Of a DNA stretch of 64,000 nt, positions 52,312-61,192 are shown piece after piece (the stretch's first letter is position 1; each line of letters opens with the position of its first letter). The position numbers and the translations under genes were made by a program. The stretch is from a virus. The notes beneath the pieces were generated by a model. It saw only the letters and a list, made by a program, of their open reading frames with translations, searched no databases and was not told where the DNA came from. Location: the IMG/VR virus record IMGVR_UViG_3300021963_006848, positions 33,039 to 97,038 of that record; one strand, 5' to 3'.

Positions 52312-53874
52312 TTATTTTTTAATATAGTAATCTTCTAATACTAATCCGTCCATTTGTGTGTTGTTCAACATCCAAACTGCATCTTTGTAGCTGTTTAGTA
52401 TTGGCTTACCTCCTATGTTAAAGGAAGTATTCAACAACACACCTACACCTGTTCTTTCATGTACTAAAGTTAATAAGTTGTAAAGGAATGGATTCTGTTC
52501 TTTAGTAACTGTCTGTACTCTAGCTGTTCCATCTACGTGGGTAACAGCTTTCAAGACATCTCTGTATTCTTCTCTAACTTTAGGACAAAAGGACATCCAT
52601 CTAGACTCCTGATTGAATTCAAAAAACTTGTTTACATCCTCTAATCTAACCACTGGTGCGAAAGGTCTGTAGTATTCTCTATTTTTTACCTTAGCATTCA
52701 AAGTATCTTTCATACCCGGTAGGCAAGGATTACATAAGATACTTCTGTTACCTAACGCTCGTGGTCCTACTTCTGATCTACCTCTAACTACTCCTATTAT
52801 TCTACCTTTTATAATCTCATCTGCTAAAGCTTCAGTAACTTTTTCTGCTTTATAGCTTTGTACGTAGTCTTGAAGTTGAAACTTATCCCAAGCTTCCGGA
52901 CCTGCGTATGTTGCATCAAAGGCTTCTTTAGGTTTAAGAAAATCTAACATGAATCCTAATGAAAGCCCACAGTCACTTGGATTTGGTGGTATAAAAGTCT
53001 TTGTTATGTTGTTTAATTTTGTATTATTCAGAATATTTAAACCACATCCTCCAGCGATTGCTAAATTATTATTAGCTTTTGCTATATCATCTTTACTTAC
53101 TTCGAAAAAAATATCTTCAAAAACTTTTTGAGAAGTGGCTGCTATATCTAGCTCTAGTTGACCACTAAGTTCATCTGGGAATCCTAGAGCTTCTTTCATT
53201 TTATTATAATTAAACTCTCTTAATTCCCTAGTACCGTGGTGTCCTGTATAAAACTCTCTCATAACAGTAATAAATTCTTCTCGAATATTTCCATATCCAC
53301 ATAATCCCATCAACTTACCTGCATAAACTAGGTAAGCTTTAACCCAATCTTCACGTTTAATAGAAGAACAATAATGTCCTATTTCAGCATACTTTTCTCC
53401 GATATTATAATCGTAATTCATCCAAGAAAATTTAACTCCTTCTTCTCTAGTAGCTGTATAAAAATTAAAACATCCATCGTTTCCTCCGCCGTCGTAGGTA
53501 ATTATTACAGCCTCCTGTAGGTCTGATTGGTAAAAAGCTCCGGAAGCATGACCAAACTGGTGAAATACTTCTACTAATTTCTTAGCATTAAAAAAAGATA
53601 AAAACTTACTTTCACTTCCTAAGTAGTTTATATAGGTACGGGTATCTTCTTGATTGCAGATTAAATGTTCGTATTCTTCTGCTCCGTACTTATCTTTAAA
53701 ATACTTTAGAATATCTTTTATTACATTGAAAGGTTCGTGAGCAGGTAAATACCAGATTAAACCTCCGTTTTTGATATTAGTGTAACGTTCTACTTCTAAT
53801 ACTTCTAATATCTTCCCATCTTTAGCTAAAGTAAGAGAAGCGTTATGTCCTGAATATAGTGCTAAATTATACAT
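52312..53874 (-). CDS. O-carbamoyltransferase, NodU/CmcH family
   Basis: HNAS, HQFGH, DGGG, GKLMGL.GYG, E.GPRALGNRS, RPFAP, LNTSFN. Confidence 0.92.
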   Translation of the reverse strand: MYNLALYSGHNASLTLAKDGKILEVLEVERYTNIKNGGLIWYLPAHEPFNVIKDILKYFKDKYGAEEYEHLICNQEDTRTYINYLGSESKFLSFFNAKKLVEVFHQFGHASGAFYQSDLQEAVIITYDGGGNDGCFNFYTATREEGVKFSWMNYDYNIGEKYAEIGHYCSSIKREDWVKAYLVYAGKLMGLCGYGNIREEFITVMREFYTGHHGTRELREFNYNKMKEALGFPDELSGQLELDIAATSQKVFEDIFFEVSKDDIAKANNNLAIAGGCGLNILNNTKLNNITKTFIPPNPSDCGLSLGFMLDFLKPKEAFDATYAGPEAWDKFQLQDYVQSYKAEKVTEALADEIIKGRIIGVVRGRSEVGPRALGNRSILCNPCLPGMKDTLNAKVKNREYYRPFAPVVRLEDVNKFFEFNQESRWMSFCPKVREEYRDVLKAVTHVDGTARVQTVTKEQNPFLYNLLTLVHERTGVGVLLNTSFNIGGKPILNSYKDAVWMLNNTQMDGLVLEDYYIKK

Positions 53875-54793
53875 TAACTAGTTTTTTATTTATAAAATCA
53901 ATACCTGCATAATCTGCGTATTGTTGTAATGTTCTCTGTGTTCCTAATCCATACTTACCTAAATCTCCTCCTTCTATTAACATCCTAAGCCTTTCTATTG
54001 CAGCTCTATGTCTTGTATGTGCCTCGATGCTAGGTGCTGTATTGTAGTGTTTTTTAGGTACTGCATTATGTGTTCTATGCCATGCAACTATTTGCGAAGG
54101 TGTATATAAGTCGTAACCGTGAGTATAAGATCTAATAGCTAAAGCAAACTCTTCCCCAGTATAGTAGTGTTCTGGATCTTGCTCAACCTTGACTACCCAT
54201 TCACCGTCTGTAAATATAAAACCTCCATATAATAAGATAATACTTTTTGGCTGAAATCCAATGTTTATTTCATTTTCATATCCCCCATAGTTAGGCCAGT
54301 ATTCTGCTGTTAAGCTTGCAATCTTAGGAATGTTCATTCTATCTAAATTATTAAAATGTCGATATGAATGATCTACTCCAGTTTCATCATCTCTATGATA
54401 AGGAGGTGGTAAGAAGGATAGTAATGGTTTTATTCCTGTAGAAGCTAGAGCTTCATAATCTTTTATAAGAATCTCATCCCAATCTTGTATAAACCGAGTA
54501 TGTGAATCTACCTGTAAACTATATTTCTCTCCATTATAGTTAGTCTGTGCAATCTGTCTCGCCCAACATCCACCTTTTGATTCTTCATAAGGAAATTTTA
54601 TAACTTTTAAATTATAAAAATCTACAAGATCGTCTATACAACTCTTTCCTGTTTTAACTTTATCGTCGTATTGGAGGCACACTGAGAAGTATAAGTTTTC
54701 AGGATACTTAGCAGTCCTTATACAGTCTAAGATTGTAAAACGTATTTCATAATCTAAGTAACTAGCAATAGATATAAAAATTGTATTTTTCAT
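53867..54793 (-). CDS. GT60-like (Skp1 hydroxyproline / polypeptide GlcNAc-transferase-like) glycosyltransferase
   Basis: TIFISIASY.D, G.CWAR, LQVDSHTRF..DWD, GGFIF, GEE...R.YTHGYD, YGLG.QRTL..Y. Confidence 0.85.
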   Translation of the reverse strand: MKNTIFISIASYLDYEIRFTILDCIRTAKYPENLYFSVCLQYDDKVKTGKSCIDDLVDFYNLKVIKFPYEESKGGCWARQIAQTNYNGEKYSLQVDSHTRFIQDWDEILIKDYEALASTGIKPLLSFLPPPYHRDDETGVDHSYRHFNNLDRMNIPKIASLTAEYWPNYGGYENEINIGFQPKSIILLYGGFIFTDGEWVVKVEQDPEHYYTGEEFALAIRSYTHGYDLYTPSQIVAWHRTHNAVPKKHYNTAPSIEAHTRHRAAIERLRMLIEGGDLGKYGLGTQRTLQQYADYAGIDFINKKLVNV

Positions 54794-54795
54794 GT

Positions 54796-55620
54796 TTAAT
54801 TTTTATATAGTTCTGTAAAAAATATTCCCCATTCCCCTACCCTGTTATATTGGTGTACTATGCAAAAAATATCTCTAGTCTTCTTATTTATAATTTTATC
54901 AGATTCTTTGATCGGTACCCCGTACTTATATGCGTTTGCAAATCCCCATTCGTAAAATACATTACTTGGACCTGCTACTCCGCAGTGGACAGCTAACCCG
55001 CTATCACTATTAACTATTTGAATACGATCTGTTAAAAAAGTAGAAAGTAGTGCTACATTTAATGCAGGCTGATCGGCACTTTGAAAATTTTGCTTTCTCG
55101 TAGCAACATACATATGTAGTAGGATATTAGTGATGGGGTGGGGTCTACCGAAGATAATTCCTGAGTTAATTATTTCTCTATTGTATAACTCTTGGGAAAA
55201 CTCAGTATGGTCTGTTTCTATAGCTCTCTTATTCCAAGGTTCATCTTTATGTTCAATACCTTCTGAGGTAAGTATTATATCTTTTGTTGCATTTTTTAAA
55301 AACCATTCGAAAGGATCTCTTTGAAAAACTACATCTACCGTATCTGTTAAAAGAACTATATCTTCCTGTGTTAAGTTCTTCAAGAATTCTCTAGCTTTGA
55401 AATGTCTTTCCCACTTACATATATTAGTGTCTGCTTCGTCTTTAGTAGGGCAATGTACTAACTTTACCCCTAGTTTTTCTAGTTCTGATATACTCCCAGG
55501 AATTTCTTGATCTAATACTAAAAGTACTATTTGACAATTGCAATACTTTAAAGCACTTTGTATCCAACCATTAATCCTTAGTTTATTACAATGTTTAATA
55601 GATCCTATCAAGTAGTTCAT
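54796..55620 (-). CDS. GT-A glycosyltransferase (DV.FQ.DPF / HQY.R type, PLOD-GT-like)
   Basis: LLTDTVDVVFQRDPF, NSGIIFG, DQ..LN, IVHQYNR. Confidence 0.7.
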   Translation of the reverse strand: MNYLIGSIKHCNKLRINGWIQSALKYCNCQIVLLVLDQEIPGSISELEKLGVKLVHCPTKDEADTNICKWERHFKAREFLKNLTQEDIVLLTDTVDVVFQRDPFEWFLKNATKDIILTSEGIEHKDEPWNKRAIETDHTEFSQELYNREIINSGIIFGRPHPITNILLHMYVATRKQNFQSADQPALNVALLSTFLTDRIQIVNSDSGLAVHCGVAGPSNVFYEWGFANAYKYGVPIKESDKIINKKTRDIFCIVHQYNRVGEWGIFFTELYKN

Positions 55621-55621
55621 G

Positions 55622-57166
55622 CTATAGTTTTTTAATATAATAGTCTTCTAATAAAAGAGCATCCATTTGTTTATTATCTAAAACCCAAAGTGCATCTTCA
55701 TACGTATTCAGAATTGGTTTTCCTGCTATATTAAAAGATGTATTTAAAATTACTCCTATACCTTTTTGGTTGTGCATTTCAGTCAGTAAGTCGTATAGAA
55801 ATTCATTTTGTTTTCTTGTGACCGTCTGTACTCTAGCAGTTCCGTCAACATGAGTAATAGCTTTTAAAATATCTTTATATTCGTCTTTAACTTCAGGACA
55901 AAAAGACATCCATCTTGATTCTTTATCCCAGTTAAAGTACTTATTTACATCTTCTAATCTAACTACTGGTGCGAAAGGTCTATAGTATTCCCGTCCTTTC
56001 ACTTTAGCATTTAGTGTATCTTTCATCTCTCCAATAGTTGGATCACATATGATACTCCTATTTCCTAAAGCTCTTGGACCGTGCTCTGATCTATCTCTAA
56101 CTACACCAACTATTTCTCCTTTTATTAATTTCTGAACTAGTTCTGCTATTTCAATTTTAGTACCTTTTCTCTCATAAAGTAATTTAGGAAGTAACTTTCT
56201 ATCCCAAACTTCCGGACCTAGGTAAGTTGTATCTACCGGTATGTGTGGTCTCATTTTGCTACAAACTAACCCTACTGCTAATCCTGTATCGTTTGGATTA
56301 GGAGTTACAAAAGTCTCTCTCTTCAGAGCTAGTTTAGTGTTTAGTAGTATATTTAACCCACATCCTCCGGTAATAATAAGCGGTAAGTCGTTATGGAGTT
56401 CTAAGATATTTCTTGTTTCTTCTTCAAATAACTGCTCAAAGACATACTGATTAGTTGCAGCTAAGTTCTTTGCATAGTTACCTTCATATCGTATCTGTTC
56501 CGACTCTATGTTGAATATCTTCATAAAGCGAGTTAATGCTTCACTTATATTATCTGTTGTATTAGAAGCATAGAATTCTCGAAAAGGTTGTACTAAGGAA
56601 TCATCTACTTTTCCAAAACCAGCTAATCCCATTAATTTTCCAGCATATACTAGATTACCTGTGTAAATCCATTCTTGTTTTATATCTGAGATGAAGTGAG
56701 CAGGCATCATATAAGAAACAGCGTAGTCTTTTTTACCCACGTATATCTTCTCTATAGGAGTTTCACTTCTTTTATCTCCTAAGTAAATGTTAAAGAAACC
56801 TTCATCACTTCCTCCATCAAAAGAAATAATTAAAGCTTTCTCAAAGTTTGATTGGTATAATCCGGAATATGCATGAGCTTCGTGATGAGGTAACCACTGG
56901 TAATTACCGGCTGGGAATATCTTCCACATCTCTTTATCTACCGAGTTATATACTACATTATCGTATTTTTCTACTCCGTATTTTGTCTTAAAATAGTCTT
57001 TAATTTCTGTAAGTAGTTCAACTATATTCTCATGATGTCCCCAATAAAAGAAAGCAGCATTTTTTACATTTATTAATCGCTCTAACTCTACTACTTCTAA
57101 AACTTCTCCTTTGTAGGAAATAGCTAAGCTAGCATTATGCGACCCAAAAAAACCTAAATTAAACAT
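55622..57166 (-). CDS. O-carbamoyltransferase, NodU/CmcH family, paralog of 52312-53874
   Basis: HNAS, HHEAH, DGG, GKLMGLAG.G, GPRALGNRS, RPFAP, LNTSFN. Confidence 0.92.
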   Translation of the reverse strand: MFNLGFFGSHNASLAISYKGEVLEVVELERLINVKNAAFFYWGHHENIVELLTEIKDYFKTKYGVEKYDNVVYNSVDKEMWKIFPAGNYQWLPHHEAHAYSGLYQSNFEKALIISFDGGSDEGFFNIYLGDKRSETPIEKIYVGKKDYAVSYMMPAHFISDIKQEWIYTGNLVYAGKLMGLAGFGKVDDSLVQPFREFYASNTTDNISEALTRFMKIFNIESEQIRYEGNYAKNLAATNQYVFEQLFEEETRNILELHNDLPLIITGGCGLNILLNTKLALKRETFVTPNPNDTGLAVGLVCSKMRPHIPVDTTYLGPEVWDRKLLPKLLYERKGTKIEIAELVQKLIKGEIVGVVRDRSEHGPRALGNRSIICDPTIGEMKDTLNAKVKGREYYRPFAPVVRLEDVNKYFNWDKESRWMSFCPEVKDEYKDILKAITHVDGTARVQTVTRKQNEFLYDLLTEMHNQKGIGVILNTSFNIAGKPILNTYEDALWVLDNKQMDALLLEDYYIKKL

Positions 57167-57167
57167 A

Positions 57168-59921
57168 TTACCTTTTTAACTTTATATTAAAATAACTTTC
57201 TAAATCTTCTACCGTTCTAACATGTGTTTGTTTCAACAGAAAATCATTTACTAATTCTCGTGCATAGTCTTCTATATAGTACTTACCGTTGTGTTCTCTA
57301 TAAGGTTTATCAGTTGCTGCTACCTTAAAGTTATAATTATGCCATACTGTAGCTAAAGATGTTACTTTTAAATTCCACCCTTTCAAATAACTTAAAAAAG
57401 TTTGAAAGTCTTCTTCTCCATTAAACCTAATGTTATCAGGTAATCTTACTTCTTCTATCCACTGTCTTCTAGTAAATATGAATCCTGCTGCTGCCCATCG
57501 AGTATCAACTACTTCGTAATCATTCAAGGTAGGTAGGTTTTCAGCTATACATCTATTATCATCCGGACTTGTTTCTAGTAAAAATTTCCTAATACGTAAA
57601 GGTGTATTATTAGGTTTATTTAAGTACTCCTTTTCGTAATCTGGAACGTCGAAATGATTAGGATAGGTTGTTAGTATTACTTTGTCTTGCTCAATACTGT
57701 TATACTGGTTTATTAGTATTGCATCCCAGGCTTGTCTAAATCTACTATGTGAATCTACTTGAAGAAAGTAATCTTCGTTTCTCACAAGCTCATTCTTTAT
57801 TCTATTTCTTGCATATACAACCCCTTTAGCTTGCTCTTTAGGTGTGAAAATAATTCTCAAATTTGGAAAGTTATACTCTTTTAATTTAGCATAAGCTTCT
57901 TCTGTGTCTTGTATATTTACTCCTACAAAAACTCTACTAGGGTCAATAGCTTCTTCATATAAACTTTTTAAAGTATCTATAAGTTGAGAATCGCAGTAAC
58001 TTGCTATTGATACGAATATGTTACCATTTCCAAAACTCCAACTATCGTTATACTCTCTAAACCAGTTACCTTTAAAATGACATTCTGCAATAAATGGTAT
58101 TTGATGTCCTAGGTTAAATTTTTCAGTATTAATATAGTAATTTTTATCCTCAATGTCAGACATATACCCTCTCATTCTATAGATGTAAGAAGATAGTGTT
58201 GAATGACTATTACCTATAAACTTAATACTACGAGTACATATGAACTGCTCAATAATAGGAATCCAGTTATTATCAAATTCATTATAGATACTAACTTGAT
58301 TCTTTAAATCTTCATAGAAAGAAACTCGATAAAGACCCATGAGAGGTCTAAAAAATTCTTTATCCCTGTGGTCTGTTGCAATGTAAAGCTTACTTCCCTG
58401 AGGGATTATGTCTTTTATATTCTCTAAAATTTGCTCACAGCTAATAAATAATTCCTTATATTGGAAGTCATTTCTACGAATATGAATAGAGTAGTAATCT
58501 CTATCTCCTAACTTATTAATAAACTGCCAAGCTAAATCAAAAATATCTGTACGATATCTTACATGCTTAGCGATAAGTTTTTTGATCTCTACATCTAAAC
58601 TTGTAAATAAAGTCTGGTGAGTAACACCTAGAAGATTAGATTCAAGAAAAATAAATTCTTCATCTGTAAAGTATTCTTCACTTCTTAATACTGGGCGGTG
58701 TTTATGAAACTTAACAGGTGGGTTAATTTTTTCAAAATTCATGACGTGTAAAACTGCATCATAATCTAATACTTTGCATATACTTTTTACACTGTCGTAA
58801 TTATGTTCTAGTTCTTTTTCTTCACAGAACTTACTGAACGGTATAGAAATTACTCCTAAATCTGAAGTATCAAAAAAGGATTCCATACTAGAGTTCCCTT
58901 CTAGTAAGTACATTTTATATTCTGGTGTCAGAACAAGTTTTCGATTAGTTAAATATGCTATACATACTGCTAACTCTAACGACATTCTTATATTGTTGAA
59001 ACCACCAGGCCAAGGTCTAAATAAAATATAACCTTTGCTGCCATCGTAAAATTTAAAGATGCTAGAAAAATCCCACTTATTATAGTATATGTAATCTGTT
59101 CTATACTGATCTACGCTCGTAACCATCTTATTACTTACTTCGCTTATTATATTTGATAAATCGTATTTTTGTGTTTGATCAAAGGTATGATCTTGCTTAA
59201 AGAACAATTTGTTTCCTTGCTTATCTAAAATTACATTAGGGTAGTGTATTATACTTCCTATTGTGGACCTACCGGTATCGTTCCATGCAGTACAGGTTCC
59301 AATATCCTCAACTAAATCAACTTTTATATTAGAATCTTTAATTGCATAGTCCAATCCCCACATTTCTGCTTCCCATCTTCCTTCTTTCTTTCTGATCTGC
59401 TCACAATACTCTGTATATTTTTTGTAAAATTTCTTTAGAGTATTAAACTTCAAAGCAAATGGGTACATTATCCCTTGTGCATTATGAATATCTTTTTCTC
59501 GATCTTCCCATCCGTTTAGTGGAACAAAGTGAATAAACTTTTGACCGATAATATGATTGTCTTCTAATTCAAAATCAACTGCTTTAGTAAACAGCATATC
59601 TGGGTCCAGGAATAATAACTTATCATTATCTTGGAAGTAGTTATTTTCGCATAACCATTCTACAGATTTATATTTGTTAGGGATACCACCCCACCAGTCA
59701 TCGTTAGCTGTTTGCCAATTGTGAGCATAGTCTGGTTGATCTATTACTATAGCGTCAGATAAAAAACTAAAATCTGGATTTTCATGTCTGTGTCCGTAAT
59801 CTCCAGAGAGTAGTATAACTAACTTACCTTTTTGACCTACCTTCTTTAAAGACCAGTGTAATAGTTTTAACTGCCATGCTTGATACTCACATCTACTAGT
59901 TCCGACAACAATATAGTCCAT
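57168..59921 (-). CDS. three-domain glycosyltransferase: HPAT/SGT1-like, O-fucosyltransferase-like and GT60-like
   Basis: N: Y..WQ...L..S..K.GQ.G....LLS, NK...V.WL, LDPDM, W.AEM.G; middle: GGFNNIRMSLE, H.RR.DF, YIATD, EQ.IC, FIG...ST.S; C: IFVSIASY.D, QVDSHSRF, AAGF.F, GEE. Confidence 0.82.
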   Translation of the reverse strand: MDYIVVGTSRCEYQAWQLKLLHWSLKKVGQKGKLVILLSGDYGHRHENPDFSFLSDAIVIDQPDYAHNWQTANDDWWGGIPNKYKSVEWLCENNYFQDNDKLLFLDPDMLFTKAVDFELEDNHIIGQKFIHFVPLNGWEDREKDIHNAQGIMYPFALKFNTLKKFYKKYTEYCEQIRKKEGRWEAEMWGLDYAIKDSNIKVDLVEDIGTCTAWNDTGRSTIGSIIHYPNVILDKQGNKLFFKQDHTFDQTQKYDLSNIISEVSNKMVTSVDQYRTDYIYYNKWDFSSIFKFYDGSKGYILFRPWPGGFNNIRMSLELAVCIAYLTNRKLVLTPEYKMYLLEGNSSMESFFDTSDLGVISIPFSKFCEEKELEHNYDSVKSICKVLDYDAVLHVMNFEKINPPVKFHKHRPVLRSEEYFTDEEFIFLESNLLGVTHQTLFTSLDVEIKKLIAKHVRYRTDIFDLAWQFINKLGDRDYYSIHIRRNDFQYKELFISCEQILENIKDIIPQGSKLYIATDHRDKEFFRPLMGLYRVSFYEDLKNQVSIYNEFDNNWIPIIEQFICTRSIKFIGNSHSTLSSYIYRMRGYMSDIEDKNYYINTEKFNLGHQIPFIAECHFKGNWFREYNDSWSFGNGNIFVSIASYCDSQLIDTLKSLYEEAIDPSRVFVGVNIQDTEEAYAKLKEYNFPNLRIIFTPKEQAKGVVYARNRIKNELVRNEDYFLQVDSHSRFRQAWDAILINQYNSIEQDKVILTTYPNHFDVPDYEKEYLNKPNNTPLRIRKFLLETSPDDNRCIAENLPTLNDYEVVDTRWAAAGFIFTRRQWIEEVRLPDNIRFNGEEDFQTFLSYLKGWNLKVTSLATVWHNYNFKVAATDKPYREHNGKYYIEDYARELVNDFLLKQTHVRTVEDLESYFNIKLKR

Positions 59922-61175
59922 TTATTGAGGTACAAATTTATAATCTGCTAATGTATAATGTAAAAAGAAATTTCTAAAGAATTCTCCTTCAAAAGGTTCA
60001 ATACGTCCATGTTTATTAGTAGCAGATTCATATAGAATCATTTCCCCTGGTTCTGCATAAACTTTATGCCATCTACCTAAATGGTCTTGAATATCTAATG
60101 GCCAATCTCTATCTACCTGCTTATCTACTATTACTATAGATGATATGTGGTGAGTTACTAAAGTATCTGTATGTGGTTCTAGTATAGCCCCTCTTTTATA
60201 AGATCTGATACCGTAAATCCATTTCGGTACTAAACGTTCTTTATTACCTATAAACTCTTCGTGGATAGGTTGTAACTCTTCTGCAATAATCTCTCTAATA
60301 CGGGTAAAAGCATCCATACTAAAGATTTCTACCGGTGCATTTCCTTGATTATCGTGTATAAAATCAGTAATACCGTTCCAATGTTCTGCTCGTACTGTAG
60401 GTTTCAGTAAGTTGTATGCTTCTGTAATCAACTGGAAGGTCTTTTCAGGTACTTTTACAACTTTAAATCCTAGTTCAGAAAGCTTTGGTAAATCTTCTTT
60501 CTTTGAAAATACTTTTTGTACTGGTTGCTGTGGTTGTGTCATTTCTTGATATTCTTTTGCAAGTCTAGCATCTTCAGCACTATTGAATACATTTTCTCTA
60601 AACCATTTTGTAATAATTACTTTTCTACCTTTTCTTACAGGTAAACCTGCATGTAAAGCGGCTGAGTTTTCAGTTCCTGTACCGTTAGAGTTTTTCCAAA
60701 CTACTGCAGTACCTTTTACTGGTGTGAATGTCTTTTGTAAGGTAGGAAAATCTGTTTCACCTCCTTCTTCAACATCATTAAGGTATATCATAAACGTCCA
60801 TGTTCTTTGGCCGCTAGATAAACAATGGTTATGGTATGCTTCTTTACCAAAAGCATCTTGGTGGTGTCTAAATTCTTGACCTACCTCATATATTTGACCT
60901 TGTGTTGGTTCTGAATAAGGAGCTTCTATTCCTAGTTCTATATACATTTTTTGATTAACATTACTGATAATCGGATCTGTATCATGTAAAACTGCTGTAG
61001 AACTAGTACGGCCTTCATCGTATTTTATAGATTGGGTTCCACTGCCTGCTACGCTTGATCGAACACTTCCGTGTTCTGTTAGTCTTACAATATGATCACA
61101 TTCTTCGTTCGTTAAGAACTGAGGGATTGTGAATATTTCCAATCCATGGCTGTTTTCTATATATACTCTTTCCAT
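59922..61175 (-). CDS. prolyl 4-hydroxylase fused to a second 2OG-Fe(II) dioxygenase domain
   Basis: FLT.EEC, RTS, Y..GQ.F..HQD, QR..T.MIYLNDVEEGGET.FP, HAGLPV..G.K...TKW; second domain HTD...HGR...R. Confidence 0.88.
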   Translation of the reverse strand: MERVYIENSHGLEIFTIPQFLTNEECDHIVRLTEHGSVRSSVAGSGTQSIKYDEGRTSSTAVLHDTDPIISNVNQKMYIELGIEAPYSEPTQGQIYEVGQEFRHHQDAFGKEAYHNHCLSSGQRTWTFMIYLNDVEEGGETDFPTLQKTFTPVKGTAVVWKNSNGTGTENSAALHAGLPVRKGRKVIITKWFRENVFNSAEDARLAKEYQEMTQPQQPVQKVFSKKEDLPKLSELGFKVVKVPEKTFQLITEAYNLLKPTVRAEHWNGITDFIHDNQGNAPVEIFSMDAFTRIREIIAEELQPIHEEFIGNKERLVPKWIYGIRSYKRGAILEPHTDTLVTHHISSIVIVDKQVDRDWPLDIQDHLGRWHKVYAEPGEMILYESATNKHGRIEPFEGEFFRNFFLHYTLADYKFVPQ

Positions 61176-61192
61176 ATAAGGGTGTTTTATTA

